Shown: positions 11,781 to 26,044 of the stretch, in pieces
How positions within the stretch are numbered: position 1 is the first letter of the stretch
Layout of the letters: each line of letters opens with the position of its first letter
Source: Negaprion brevirostris
Lineage: Eukaryota
Assembly (NCBI GenBank): GCA_030324005.1
Contig: JARDVH010000042.1
Location: forward strand, 123,617,028 to 123,681,027
Direction: 5' to 3'
Length of the DNA: 64,000 nt
Made by a program: the position numbers and the translations under genes
The notes under the pieces: model-generated
Told to the model about the DNA's origin: nothing
The model's input: only the letters and a program-made list of their open reading frames with translations
Databases searched by the model: none

Positions 11781-13879
11781 GTTGCACAATGGGAAAGGGC
11801 TGCCCCATGGTTTCCAGAGTCACGGACAGTCTGTATTGCAAATTGCATCTTCATACATGAATATACAGATCAGAAATGAAATATAGAGTAAACCGTTGTT
11901 TGTTGTCAAAAGGTGTAGTCTGTGAAGTTTCTTGAGCAGTACTGCAACACTAAATTGGTGATTAATAGCTCTGGTTAATTAGAAAATGCCTCTTTGACTT
12001 TTGCAGAACTGAGAGTAAAACACTATATAGTAAAGATGTTTAATTATGTAACATTGTGTGTCATAATAGCTTAGGATTGGCACTGTGGCCAGACTTAAGA
12101 TACTGATGAGTGGAAAAACAACTATAAGTTGATGCAGTAAGATAGCATTGAGCCTGCTAGTGCAGGCGCAATGGATGGAATGGTCTCCTGCACTATAAAC
12201 GTTCTGTGGTAAACTGCATTTGTAGGGCTAAGGAATAGTGGCTAGCTTTAAAGGAAACTATGGACCTCATTATCTTATATTTAGGATTTACATGTTTAAA
12301 ACTACAGATATTACAGTGTACAGAGATGATGCTGTCTGTCCTTGTCATGTAACGTGAACATTTGGTTATTGCAGCATATGTGTGGTGCTGATATTTACTG
12401 CAGGAGGAAAACAAATTGCCCAGTGTTTTATCTTCCTATGTATATTTACTGTCCCTATCCATTCTATTTTTGTAGTGATTTAGTGGGGACTGTGTATGTG
12501 CATTAGCTTTCTTAGTAGGCGCTTCTGAAAGGTATCTTGGAGACCGACTGGTGTTTCACTGCCCCCTTCTGTGATGACCCACCTCTGGTTTTGCTTGGAC
12601 AGTCCTTCCACTGTAGTACCACCTAGAATTTCCTTGCTTTCATTGTGGGCTGCTTCACGAAAATGGGAATCTCATTCGGTGCATATAGAACGAGGCTGAC
12701 ACCGGAAAGCAGGTCAGTGCTCAGGTCAATGTGGAGTGACCAATAAGTTCTGCCCTAAGAAGTAGGAACCATCAAACCCTACCCTCCACCCAGATTTCTA
12801 CCACACAGCTAAACAAATAATGCTCATAGAGCTACTGGCTATAATTTCTCTTCACAGATTTTTGTAACATTTTGATATTGCTTTCAGAAAATCTGAAATG
12901 TGGTCACTGGCAAATGAGGCCCATTCTTTCTTTAACTTAAACATTAGTCTAATGGGAAAAAAAACTTAGTGATTGGAACATCAAACACTAAGTAAGGCAA
13001 GGAAACTGGTGGTTTGATAACATAAATGGGCAAGAAATCTTGCAATAGAACATTTATATTATTTCCAGCATTTGCATTTGGCTTGGTCAGCGCAAGAACC
13101 CAACATATGACGACATATGCAATAGTCTTTCGTGCTGTGTAACATAGAAAAGGGAAACATGTTTTGATTAGATAAAGTAGATATCATACTTGGTTCCCGC
13201 TCAGCCTCTATTATAAATTCAAAGCCATCTCAAAACCATTCCACACTACATATTAAGGTATCAACATTTTCTTTGTCACCTTTTTTTAAAAGGACAAATC
13301 TCAAATTGGGTTTATTTGCTGTAAAGATGCTCATTCACCAGTTTAGCGAAGACATAACTCATTTATTTACAGGTAAAACCATACAAAGGCTTGCAGCTTT
13401 ATGGCTACAATCAGCTCCTGGGATGACTGAGTACAGAAGACCGCTCATTACGAGGTCACCCACTCTGCTCCCTGACTGGTTCCCTGGGTCATGTGGTTCC
13501 TGGGGTCACTCTGCAGATTGATTCTTGAACGGACCTTCCCCTCTAAGTCCTTTTATACATACATCAATACCTCATTTATACAGTCCAAGATAATTAAACA
13601 TTTAGTGCATGAATTTAAATAATAAAGTCTTTCAGGGGTTTCCTAATCCTAGTGGAGTGGTATAACTCCCCTGTCTGGTGTGCTATCAGCCAAAACCAAT
13701 GACAGGTCTCTCTTCATGCAGTTCCGTTCAACCTGTTTCCATGGAAATGTCAGTTGTGCTTATCACAGGAAGACCAGGTACTTCAGAGCTAAATCAGACA
13801 GCAACAGACATGAATCATGATTTGTCTCCTGACTACTTTGGTGAGCCTCAACCCTCTGTAGCAAATTTGGAAACATGAG

Positions 13880-14160
13880 GCTCAGTTTCATTCTATCTCC
13901 TCTATCTGTAGCCTTCATATTTTTGTACACCTGAGTTGGGTACCCCCTTAGCCTTCTCTGCACTAAGGAAAACAATCCCAGCCTAACCAGCTTCCCTTCA
14001 TAGCTGAAACGCTCCAGCCTGGGCAGCATCCTGGTGAATCTCTCCTGCACCCTCTCTCGTGCGGTCACATCTACGGACCTTTCTTAAAGAGCTTTCCAAT
14101 CAGTCCTATTCCTCTGCCTTCTGATGCAATATTAAGTCTTCCTTTTCTAAATGTTTATTG
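13880..14160 (-). mobile_element. CR1 LINE 3' fragment
   Basis: ORF 13763..14068 contains ERVQERFTRMLPRLERFSYEGKLVRLGLFSLVQRRLRG. Confidence 0.85.
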
Positions 14161-15719
14161 TTTTACTCTGGATTTTCTGTCCACTGATTTTTTTTTTTCT
14201 ATGGGATGATCCATTTCTTTGCAAACTTTATTTTAAAAATGCCCGTTTGGGCTCCATGTGATAGGTCCTGAAGAAGAAGAGGGTGGTCTTACCATAGACG
14301 TGGACAAGCTGATAATTCATTTTCCCAGTATATACAATGTACCACTGCCTCTTTTCTGCCAGGTATGTTGCTGAAAAATGATCATTTGATGGTTTTGACT
14401 GCCATCTGAAGTGACAATTAGGAACATTTTTAAAGGAGTATTTGGCTTCAAAATCTGGAACTACTTTTCTGTCAATGCCAATGTTTATGCAGTTTTTCCG
14501 TGCCCACCAAAAGGTGCATAAGAATATTATACGTTCATCTTCACATTGAGCTGAGGATCTTTGAGATAGCTGTGCAATTATTATTGTTCTTTATGTTAAA
14601 TATTTTTATTGATTGATCATAAATGTTTGGAACTTGCAGTTTCTTTCTTGTATGTACGTGCATATATCTTTTTTAAATAAAAATCCACCAATTGTTTACT
14701 TATGCAGGTCTACTTTTAAGACTGAGTTATTCCTATTTTTGGTTATGGGTAAATAACAGTTTGCACTGTGCTTATTGTGAAAGTCTGCTGAGGCAACATT
14801 TGACTCCACAATGATATTAAATATAGTTCATTGAGACTACTCGCTGTTTATTGTCATCCAGGCCATCAGCATACTGTAACACTTCTGGCCTAGCAACAAA
14901 GCATTATAATGCTATCCCTTCACAATAAATGCAATTGAATTTTAATTTGGATCAAAAATTGTGTACAAATTTTGGAGCCAGAAGTTAAGGTCTTCAGAAC
15001 AAATCACTACTTGTCAGATGTACTGCAGGAGGGGGGGGGGTCGTGGCGGGGGGGGAGGTGGGGGAGAGAGGAGAGAGAGAGAAAAAAGTGCTTGCTTAAT
15101 GAATATTGGCATTTGTAATAGTGCAGCCATTGAGATTTAAATGATTTTTTTCTGGAAGACATATCATATTTAATTGTCCAGCTCAACTGGCTAATTAAAG
15201 TCAAATATGGAATACTAGGAATAGAAATACAGTGCCAAAAATTAATGTGATACCCCATGCATTTCACAAGCATGCATAAGTTGATATTAATGAGGGCTTT
15301 ATCCATCTGAAATTGAGATCATGCACACTTGTAAGATAGATTATTCTTGATGCTACATTCTATAAGTAACTCAGACATTAAATTATTGATGTACATTTTA
15401 ACATTTATTTCAATAACGATGATCATAAATGCAGAAGTTTTTTTGTAGAAGTCACTTAAGTTGTCTCTGTGTGCATTGAGTGGTAATCCCTTGGTGGAAA
15501 TGAAGAATGTAATTCTGGCTATCATTTCTCAGGATAGAACTCGTTAGCTCCTGGGTGAATTTTGCACCCTATAGTAAGATGAAAGTAAGTTTCATTTGAA
15601 AAAGAGTATGATTCATTATGGAATGAGCATCTGATTTTTGGATTGAAAGTGATGAATTCCAAAATTGGGGTTAAGCTAAGATGCTCCAACAAAAAGTGTG
15701 TAAACTAAAAGTAACAAAC

Positions 15720-15862
15720 TGTAAATGCTGGAAATCGGATTAGAGAATGCTGGAAATGCATAAAAATGAAATACTGCGGAAGATGGAAATCCAAAATAAA
15801 AGCAAAACATTGGAAAAGCTCAGATGATTTGGCACTTGAAGAGAGAAACAGAGTGGTTAATG
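15720..15862 (-). mobile_element. Degenerate Penelope-like terminus (family B)
   Basis: aaatactgcggaagatggaaatccaaaataaaagcaaaacattggaaaagctcag...gagagaaacagag resembles 34050-34140 and 4110-4165. Confidence 0.45.
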
Positions 15863-17400
15863 AACTTCCACTCAAACTGCAACCAGAACAAGTATGTAGC
15901 TGGCCTGCCAGTGTCCTTAGAAAGAAAAGATAGGTTATGACATTTTGATTGTGAACCCAATCAGAATGAAAGTGGAAAGATGAATAGCCGAAGGAAGAGG
16001 TCATTAAAGTGACAATGGAATCTATCAATTAGCAGCATGAAAGCACAGCACTCTTTAAGCGCATGCATGATGGTGACTGAGTGTAATTCCAAAGGAGGGA
16101 AAATGTTAGATTAATAGCTAATGATGCTCACTAATTTATGCTGGATTATATTTTCTAAAGTGTACTCTAAGTCTTCAAGAGCTTCCAAATGTATTTTCCT
16201 TCCTTTTCCTTTCCTTTCTTCAATCAAGACTTTCAGATTATGAATCTTCTTGTTTTATTTCTGATCCCAAGATGTGTATTCACTCACGTGATTTTACTTC
16301 ATTTCTTCTCTGACAGAAATTTGTGGAGAGAGGGAATGCTAAACTAGTATTTCTACAAGAAATCTGTAGAACAGGCAAACTTCAATTTGAAAATAAGTAT
16401 TGTATTAATGTTTTCAAGTCAGTTCTAAACTTCCAGTGAAATTAACATTAGTGGACTAAACTGATACTCTTTCAAATCTTCATTTGTTATTATGTGAGAT
16501 TTCCAAGGCAGTGCAAGAAACCCAGAGTTAAAAGGTTAAACACTGAGGGGCGAAGGACATTGTAAAGTAGTTCTGGTCACACTGTCATTTCAGAGTCCAA
16601 AAAGTTACAGATTGTTTATTGGGATTCAGATAATACAGATTCAGAGATAAAGGTTGCAAGTGGAGCTTCAGCAGTTTGTGAAAGTCTTCTGAGCACAAAA
16701 CATGTTGCACACATGCATGCTTTAACAGCCATTTCTTTTCAGTAAGACATTCAGTCTTGGATTTCTTTAGCATAGTGTATTTTTTATTTGGTTTACAGTT
16801 TTTAACATTTGTTCTCCGAGTCACCATGTGCTGGTCAAACATTACTAATGCTAAATATTGCCAAACTGCAAGATTGGACAGAATTTGATGTCAACTATTA
16901 ATTCAATATATAAGTTTTCAGTCTTATTATTATGACCCTTTGTAGTTTGTTAGGTGGTAGTAAAGTTAATGGTTATATTGAACCTGAGGATTTCTAACAA
17001 ATATAGACATTATAGTTTAACCCTGGATATTTTTAGTAGCAGTTTGCAAAAAAGCCTATTATCTGTATATGAGTTTCTTACACAGAAAATATATATTTTT
17101 TGAACTGTCCAAATACTGCTTATTGATTTATTCAATGAAAATGCCCTGATCATTGGTCTGATTACTTGCTCTGGGCAGGGTGATTGAAAATTTGCAGTGG
17201 TATTAGGCAATAACTTCTTTGTGGTAGTAAATTATAGAGAACACTGATGGAAATACAAATTGTTGCGCACTTGCATTCTGCAGACAGAATTTCTGATGGC
17301 TGGTTTGTTCTCATGTCAGGTTCACTTGTTTCTGTCATCCTCTATGCATGATGATAACACCAAATATTTACTGGAAGGAAAGTCCAATACTTTAATTTGA

Positions 17401-17676
<276 letters not shown>

Positions 17677-18669
17677 TGACATTTGTCTGCATCACAGCTT
17701 GATTTAAAAAAAAAAGCTTGACAGTCAACTTATTTCAAAAGGAAATTCCTATTTAATAATTCAGAAACATTAATTATAATTTGTCTCAGACACAGTTTGA
17801 TGCCATTTCTGAGGGCATGCAAATGCAACTGAAGTCTGAGTGAATTCTCCAGGCACCATTGGTCTCACAAACAAATCTGAATGTTGTTATATACTTTATT
17901 CCAGATTTACTAATTCGACTACAGAGAATTAGCCATAGGGACCTAATTAGAAGAAAATAAACTAATCTAAGTTTTACCAAGAAGAAAATTTCAAGTGTTT
18001 ATTCATTTTCAGCAATAAAGCAACATTGTATTTCTTGTACACCTGCAAAGTAATTTATATAAATAGAAGTACATGCTGGCCTCCATTCTTAGCATTTTGA
18101 GGATATAGGTCATAAGTAATATTTATATTTTCCTGCAGTGTATTTGATGCCTGCCTTGCAATCTACAAGCTGCCATCATTTACAATCATGCCTGAAGAAT
18201 AAGATACGGCAAGGAGGAGTAGGGATCAGTGTGTGATCCAGAGGATTTGCATAATTAATTGGAGCTAGTGCTACAGACTAGTCTTGGAGACTGGTACTGT
18301 GGATAATGCACAGCATGAGTCGGCTGCTGCATAGTTGCAAACATTAATGGGTTGAGATAACCTGGATGGTAGACGGGATTGCTGTGTTGGCCTTTCATCT
18401 CTGGGACATGAATTTAATTCAAACATGGACTGACTCTTGTCTCTAGTGAGAAGGTCCTATGTGTGGTTAGTTTGAGCACTTGCAATTCTGCTTTCAGTGG
18501 ATGTGGATCAATTGTAAGAAAGTTCGAGCAATTGGCCGCAATCAATATTTGAAGATGTCTATTGTAGGAGATAGGATGCCATGTGAACTCAACTGGAGTA
18601 CTCCTTAGGTGTGTTGAAGAAAGGAATTTACTTACTATCTCATCCATTCTGTAACTGACTTTAACTAAA

Positions 18670-19445
18670 CAAGAAACAGTACAGCACAGGAACAGGCCCT
18701 TCAGCCCATCAAGCTTGAGCCGATCATGTTGTCCTATCTAGATCAATCACCTGTAACCTTCTATTCCCCACCTGTCATGTGTCTGTCCTAACCAACGTTT
18801 TATATAACTGTAACATAATTTGCCAATTTTTATGCTGGATGCCCTCGCCATTGAAGGCAAGCATGCTGTATGCTTTCTTCACCACCTTTTACACCTGTGC
18901 TGCCACCTTTAAGGATCTGTGAACCTGTACTCTCCGATCTCTCTTATGCTCCTGATGGCTCTGCTGTTTATTTTATAGCTTCCAGCTGAATTGGACCTAC
19001 CAGAATGCATCATCTTGCTTTGTCTGGATTAAATTCCATCTGCTCTCAGCCCAATTTTCCAGCCTACCTACATCCTGCTGTATTCTCTGGCAACCTTCAT
19101 CACTATCTGCAACTCCAAAAATCTTAGTATTATCTGTAAACTTGTTAGTCAGGCCAGTTACATTTTCTCCCAAGTCATTTATATATATTACAAACAACAG
19201 AGGTCCCAGCATTGATCCCTGTGGGACGCTACTAGTTACAGACCTCCATTCAGAAAAACATCCTTCCATCGCTACCCTCTGTCTTCTATGGCCAGGCCAG
19301 TTCTGAATCCATCTAGTTGGTTCACCCTTGATCCCATGTGCTTTAACCTTTGCATCAGCCTGCCATGAGGGACCTTGTCAAATGTTTTACTAAAGTCCAT
19401 GTAGACAACATCTATGGCCCTTCCCTTGTCAATCATTTTTGTTAT
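18670..19445 (-). mobile_element. CR1 LINE fossil (RT core plus 3' tail, internally deleted)
   Basis: ORF 18997..19269 WRSVTSSVPQGSMLGPLLFVIYINDL...KFTDNTKI; tail near 18680-18760. Confidence 0.9.
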
Positions 19446-19654
19446 CTCAAAATAAATAATGCCTAAAATAAATATTTGTAGATTTTGGTATCTTTCACAG
19501 ATGTGTTGCGCTGTCAGATTTCACTCGATGGGCTCAAATTTCATGCTCCTAAATCGGCAAAATTGTACTCTGATTTTGCTGACTGTTTGTAGCCACAGTC
19601 AATCAAAAAAACTAAAAAGGCCAAATCACATTTTCTTGGGCTACAATAGCAATT

Positions 19655-21620
19655 AATCACAGAACTTGCAAAGTGCAGAAGGAGCTCATTCATCCTGACT
19701 GGTCTGTACTGGTTTTCTGAAAGACCATTCTACCTGCACCCACACCCTTGTCTCACCTGTAATTTGCACATTCTTTCTTTTTGATAGCAATCCAATTCCC
19801 TTTTGAATACCTCTATCAAACCTACATCCACCACCCTCTCACGAAGTTTGTTCCAAATTCCAATCAGTCTTTTAGTGACAAACATTTTCCTTGCATCATT
19901 TCTACTTCTTTTGNNNNNNNNNNNNNNNNNNNNNNNNNNNNNNNNNNNNNNNNNNNNNNNNNNNNNNNNNNNNNNNNNNNNNNNNNNNNNNNNNNNNNNN
20001 NNNNNNNNNNNNNNNNNNNNNNNNNNNNNNNNNNNNNNNNNNNNNNNNNNNNNNNNNNNNNNNNNNNNNNNNNNNNNNNNNNNNNNNNNNNNNNNNNNNN
20101 NNNNNNNNNNNNNNNNNNNNNNNNNNNNNNNNNNNNNNNNNNNNNNNNNNNNNNNNNNNNNNNNNNNNNNNNNNNNNNNNNNNNNNNNNNNNNNNNNNNN
20201 NNNNNNNNNNNNNNNNNNNNNNNNNNNNNNNNNNNNNNNNNNNNNNNNNNNNNNNNNNNNNNNNNNNNNNNNNNNNNNNNNNNNNNNNNNNNNNNNNNNN
20301 NNNNNNNNNNGGACTGACCTATGAAGAGAGACTGGATTGACTGGGCTTGCACTCACTGGAATTTAGGAAACTGAGAGGGAATCTCATAAAAACATGTAAA
20401 ATCCTAATGGGACTGGACAGGCTAGATGTGGGAAGAGTTACTTCCGATGTTGGAGAAGTGCAGAACAAGGGGTCACAGTCTATGAATAAAGGGTCAGCCG
20501 TTCAGGACTGAGATGAGGAATAACTTCTTTGCTCAGGACTTGTGAACTTGTGGAATTCTCTACCACAGAAAGCTGTTGGGGTCAGTTCGTTAGGTATGTT
20601 CAAGAGGGAGCTGGACATGGCCCTGATGGTTAAAGGGATCAAGGGGTATGGAGAGAAAGTGGGAATGGGATACTGAAAGTGCATGATCGGCCATGATCAT
20701 ATTGAATTGTGGTGCAGGCTTGAAGGGCCAAATGGTCTCCCCCTGCACTTATTTTCTATATTTCCCTTGGGGAGAACAGTTTCCCACTATCTGTCCTGTT
20801 TCTACTATCCCTGAAGATTCTGAATACTTCTATTAAGTCTCTGCTTGGCCTTCTTTTCTCCAAGGTAAACAATCCTAACCTCTCCAATCTATTCTCATAG
20901 CTGCAGCTCTTTATCCTTGGAGTCATTCTTGTGAATCGCCTCTGTACTCTTGCCAATCCTTCACATACTTCCTCAAATATGGCACCCAGAACTGGACACG
21001 ATCTCCAGATGCACTTGACTAGTTTCTTGCACAAGTTCATTATAACCTCCCTACTCTTATATTCAATGCACCCATTAATAAAGTCTAAGATACTTTGTGC
21101 TTCATTAACTGCTCTCTCAACATGTCTTGCCATTTTCAATGACTTATGTACTTGTACACTGAGGTTTCTTCATTCCTGCATCTCCTTAGAGTTCCTTCCT
21201 GCCAAAATCAGTCACCTCGTATGTCTCTGCATTGACCCTCATTTGTTACTTGACTGTCCAATGCACCAGTATATCTTTGTCCTTTTGAAGTTCAAAATTA
21301 TCTTCATAACAGTTGACAATGTTTGCGTTCTCCCTATCATCTGCAAATTTTGAAAACATGCCCTGAACACCACAGTCTAAGTCATTAATATATATCAGGA
21401 AGAAGAAGAATCCCAGCACTGAATCCCGCAAACCTCCAACTCAAGCCTTCCTCCAATCTGAAAAACAACATTTATCACTGCTCTCTCTTTCCTGTCATTC
21501 AGCCAATTTGTTATTCAAATGCCTACTTTCCCTTTTATTCCATGAACTAGAATTTTGCTCACAAGTTTGTTGAGTGGCACTGTATCAAATGGCTTTTGAA
21601 ATCCATGTGCACCACATCAG
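19655..21620 (-). mobile_element. Older CR1 LINE (tail 19655-19913, body 20762-21620) split by a gap and a younger + strand CR1
   Basis: ORFs IYINDLDCGVQGMFSKFADD, RVQRRFTRMTP...LGLFTLEKRR and RLIGIWNKLRERVV lie in collinear order on the - strand. Confidence 0.85.
20311..20761 (+). mobile_element. CR1 LINE 3' end nested in the older CR1
   Basis: GLTYEERLD.LGL.SLEFRKLRG...RTRGHS...VNLWNSLPQKAV, then tail ggtgcaggcttgaagggccaaatggtctccccctgcacttattttctat. Confidence 0.85.
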
Positions 21621-21910
21621 TTGGAAGATTTAATGCCCAGTCCTTCCCTTCATTGAGACAGCTCTCTCTTGTAGCAATAATATCACCATTCCATTTGCCA
21701 ACCTGTGCCTATCATTTATTAATCTTATTAACCACACTTGGTGCATTCACAACTATTAGTGACCAGTTTGTCTGAAATATCTGCTCCCTTCAAAATGTTC
21801 CGACTCCCACAAAATTAAAAATCAATTCTGAACTGCATACTTATCATCCCTTGGTTACACTTTGTGCTTAAGTGTATCCACAAAATTTTTTTGTTCTCCA
21901 TGTTAATCGA

Positions 21911-22226
21911 GGTGGCATGGTGGCAGTGTTGAGCACTGCTGCCTCACAGCGCCAGGCACCTGGGTTCAATTCCTGGCTTGGGTCGCTGTCTCTGGTTGGA
22001 GTTTGCACATTCTCCCCATGTCTGTGTGGGTTTTCTCTCACAGTCCAAAGATGTGCAGGTTAGGTGGGNNNNNNNNNNNNNNNNNNNNNNNNNNNNNNNN
22101 NNNNNNNNNNNNNNNNNNNNNNNNNNNNNNNNNNNNNNNNNNNNNNNNNNNNNNNNNNNNNNNNNNNNNNNNGCAGACTCAATGGGCCGAATGGCCTCAT
22201 TCTGCACTGTAGGATTCTATGAATCC
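21911..22226 (+). mobile_element. HE1-type V-SINE (contains N-gap)
   Basis: ggtggcatggtggcagtgttgagcactgctgcctcacagcgccagg...gggttcaattcc head; gcagactcaatgggccgaatggcc...ggattctatga tail. Confidence 0.88.
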
Positions 22227-23851
22227 TTTTAGCTTGGTCAGGCACTTGTGTATATATAATGTTATCTCACTTTGAATGTTTTACTTCCTTTGTGCTGTGG
22301 TGTTGTACCTCGGTGAACATTTTCTATTTCAAGCTAATTACATTCATGCTGTTCAAATTGGCTAATTACATTTTTCCATTTAATTTATTCAAACTACATG
22401 TAAATGTCTTTCACCTAACTGGCTGAATTTATTAATTGTGATTCAAATTTATTAATTTATAGAATAGAATATGTGTTTTTATATTGCCTTTTTAACATAA
22501 CACAGCAATCTAAATTTCTGGATCAGGCTCAGACCGATAGATAATACGTTTGAAGTATGCTCTTTACTGTCATATCTAATTTGCTCAATGTATTGCAACA
22601 TATACAGGAAAGTGGAATTGATATTTCAAGTTCATTATTATTACTGTATTTTTAATTTTTAATTAATCAATGAATGTAGTTAACTACCAACAAAGTTATT
22701 TCCCCTGATTTTGATAGAAATTCATGAAATGTTAAGGAGTTAATACTGGAAGATATAATAATTCAGATGAGTGATTGTAATGTGCAGTGACGGTTAAGCT
22801 TACTAGCAGATAGAATGAAATGCCAAGAAAAAGAAAGCAAAAAGTATGCAGTAAATCTAGGATGGGTTTACTTGCATGATCTTCAGCCTGGCTTTAATTT
22901 AAGTGCTGTGATTGGGTAAAGCTATCTGCTTCCAAGCAAATTGATTTCTAATTTAAACTTTACAACTGACAACTAGTCCCGCGAGTATTGTTGTACTTTC
23001 ACTGTTGTGTTTGCAAGGTTTCCTTCATGTTGATATTTGCTTTTGAAATTAATACATGCAACAAGCTATCAAATCAAAAGACTTAACTCTTTACTAGTTA
23101 TTTAGTGAGATTTTCCTTGTATCTTTTTCAAAGTAGTTATTGGCAGTGTATTTATGGTGTGTTCACAGGAAAGAAAAATTCAGTCTTTTTTTTAAGTTTT
23201 TAAATTTAATAACCACATCCTAGAAGTGGTATGATGTGCTGATTACTTTGCCGTGTTGCCTTTCTGCCCTTGAATAATAATGTGGCAGTCTTAAGTGAAT
23301 TGAAACTAGTCTCTAAATGACTAAATTTCTGGATATAAATGATGGCACACAAACATTGGTGTTGGTGTAAATTTCATGAGAGAATTTTTTTAAACAAATC
23401 TGTCTCATCACAAATGTAATTTATTGTGTATACCGCTTGGCTGAACAGGCATATACGTGGTCCAATTTATATCCTGTATTCTATAGAAATACAATGTGTA
23501 CTTCAAGATTTTAATCCTGACAGTCTGCCAGGACTTTTTGTTCTGATTATTAAGGAATCTGAGATAATGAATGAGAATCCAGCTGACTTCCACTGGTTTA
23601 TGGATGTCAGCAGAACTGCAAGATTGAATATCAAATTTACTGTCAGTCATTTGTTTTCAATACTTGGTGTATAGTTTCTTTAAAAGTTGATTGTGGAAAT
23701 GNNNNNNNNNNNNNNNNNNNNNNNNNNGTATTGCACTGTGTGGTACACAAACTGGGAAGTTTCTATCTTTTGCCAGTGTTTGTTGCGCAAGCACATTTCA
23801 GTAGGGAATAGGTGAAATCTCAATTATGGGTTCATTTTCATTGAGTCCCGA

Positions 23852-24123
23852 CAATGCAGAAGGAGACCATTTGGCCCATCAAGTCTGTACCAACTCTCCA
23901 ACGGAGGATCTTGCCCTGATCCTATCCCTGTAGCCCCATGTATTTACCCTGCTAATCCCCTAACCAACATATTTTCATACACTAAGGTGCAATTTAGCAA
24001 GGCCAATCCACCTAACCCACACATCTTTGAAATATAGGAGGACACCAGAGCACCCAGATGAAACTCACACAGACACGGAGAATGTGCAAACTCCACACAG
24101 ACGCTCACCCAAGGCCAGAATTG
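23852..24123 (-). mobile_element. HE1-type V-SINE, 5' truncated
   Basis: gcagaaggagaccatttggcccatc...gtgcaaactccacacagacgctcacccaagg. Confidence 0.82.
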
Positions 24124-24850
24124 GACTACTTCCCCTTTTTGTTATGTCAAACTAAAGTCAGCTGTCAACATACCTTGAATTCTTTCCTCTTGTGGAATTT
24201 AGCATTTCTGTAGGCCTGAATTACCCAATCATTTAGGGAAACTGTTCCGTCTTGGGGAGCTTAACATTTCTATAGCAGTCATCCAAGTAATCTGTTTCTA
24301 CTACTAGAGCAATTCACACCTGCTCAGCTTTAGATGCTTTCATGCCTTTGGAATCACTTTTGGAGGCTTGCATGCTGCTAGAAATATTGGCTGTTAATGT
24401 TGCTGGGCTGATTTCTACCTTGTAGGTTGCCTTAAATACTTGTTACAAAATATATTGAAAAGGCCATGATCCAAAATGAATCAAGATAATTAATGGCATC
24501 AGCTGCCTTCACAAAGCTCCAAACACTCGTAATGTATAACTTTAATTTTGAGTGGTAAGGTTGTATGACATCAGTGTACTTTTTTAAAAAAAGTTTAAAA
24601 AAATGATTTCTGCAGCTCACAGCTTCAGTCTTGTAATTGTTTCAGGGCTGACTGTGATGAGTCCTTTTATTGCTACTTAAGTGATTTAANNNNNNNNNNN
24701 NNNNNNNNNNNNNNNNNNNNNNNNNNNNNNNNNNNNNNNNNNNNNNNNNNNNNNNNNNNNNNNNNNNNNNNNNNNNNNNNNNNNNNNNNTTCAGGGCTGA
24801 CTGTGATGAGTCCTTTTATTGCTACTTAAGTGATTTAAATGGGGTTGTTT

Positions 24851-25146
24851 TTGATTTGATTTATTATTGTCATATGTATCAATATACAATGAAAAATATT
24901 GTTTCTTGTGCGTTATATAGACAAAGCATACCTTTCATAGAGAAGGAAACTAGAGTGCAGAATGTAGTGTTACAGTTATAGCTAGGGTAGAGAAAGATCA
25001 ACTTAATACAGGTAGGTCCAGTCAAAAATCTGACAGCAGCAGGGAAGAAGCTGTTCTTGAGTCAGTTGGTACGTGACCTCAGACTTTTGGATCTTTTTCC
25101 TGACAGAAGAAGGCGGAAGAGAAAATGTCTGGGGTGGGTGGATCCT
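24851..25146 (-). mobile_element. Rex1/Babar-like LINE 3' end with (AAATC)n tail
   Basis: Reverse strand encodes LKNSFFPAAVR-type C-terminus; 3' UTR ending ...tgacaataataaatcaaatc recurs at 32779, 33619 and 37443. Confidence 0.65.
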
Positions 25147-25174
25147 TGCTCTGGGACTAGTTTTACTATCCTGT

Positions 25175-25819
25175 TGTTATGAGGACAGCCATGTGTTTTT
25201 GGACAGGTTTTTTTTCCCGTTTTCAGTTTGGAGCTGTAGGTTTTGAGTTTTGGTTTTAGAAGGGACAGCCAACTAAAAAGCAGTGTTTTCCCCCTCTCCC
25301 TGGTTTATTTGGAAATTCTGCTGATGATCTTTGGCTGCTTTGGCTTCCTGAAGGAAAACATCTGCTGTTTTGGGGGGCAGGAGCAGAGTGTCTCTAGTGT
25401 TTTGGGAAGTTTTCTTGTCTTCAAACTGTTCTGAGTCTCAAGAGCATTTGACTGCAGAATTCAACCTACAGCCTCGATCCTAGTGTCACGTCAGAATTCA
25501 TCTGTGCTGTGCTAAACCTGTGAAAAGAGTCTTGTCTATTTATGGGATTGGTCTGATTGGAACATTGTAGATATCTTTGTTATGAGTTATACATTATCAT
25601 GATTGTTTGTGATTGATAAAAGTTCTTGCTGATTTTCCTACTATACACGTTAACTATATTCTTAAATAAACTTTGTTTGATAAAAGCTCCCTAGTGGGTC
25701 ACTTGAATTATACCTAAAGTGAAACCTATCATGCTTATCCTAACCAAATTCAAGATGCAAAACTTATGATTCAGGTAGCTTTTATAAAACACTTTGGAGT
25801 TTTAGCCTGAACCATAATA
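25175..25819 (+). mobile_element. Candidate solo LTR (about 645 bp)
   Basis: Begins TGTTATG and ends CATAATA (near-inverted, canonical CATAACA); internal AATAAA near 25666; no clean TSD. Confidence 0.45.
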
Positions 25820-25882
25820 GCTGGCATTAACCACTCTCAGGAACCTTGTGTAATCAGTGGGACCAATGGCTGGGGACAAAAG

Positions 25883-26010
25883 GAATGCCTTGCATTTTCA
25901 TGATGCCTATCGTGAATATTGAATATCTCAAAGCACTTTATAGCCGTCATCTTGTAATGTAGGTAACTCAGTAACCAACTGTGTACAGCAACAAATGTGA
26001 TAATCATTCC
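25883..26010 (-). mobile_element. Deu-SINE (SacSINE1/AmnSINE1-like), left part of a split copy
   Basis: ttgcatt...caaagcactttatagcc...ttgtaatgtaggtaac...acagcaacaaatgtgataatc; homologous to 38270-38450; continues at about 27903. Confidence 0.6.
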
Positions 26011-26044
26011 AACTTCCTTTATATAGGAGCCAGTCTTTAATTTT

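Noticed and set aside
13320-13635. Possible third solo LTR (tgtaaaga ... tctttca, with - strand TATA and AATAAA)
   Set aside because: Termini are imperfect and there is no TSD; support is too weak
24641-24838. Direct repeat of about 49 bp (ttcagggctgactgtgatgag...gtgatttaa) on both sides of a gap of about 100 N
   Set aside because: Unmerged contig overlap; the same pattern occurs at the 26574 (ctagtttag) and 34439 (ttaaaag) gaps, so it is an assembly artefact
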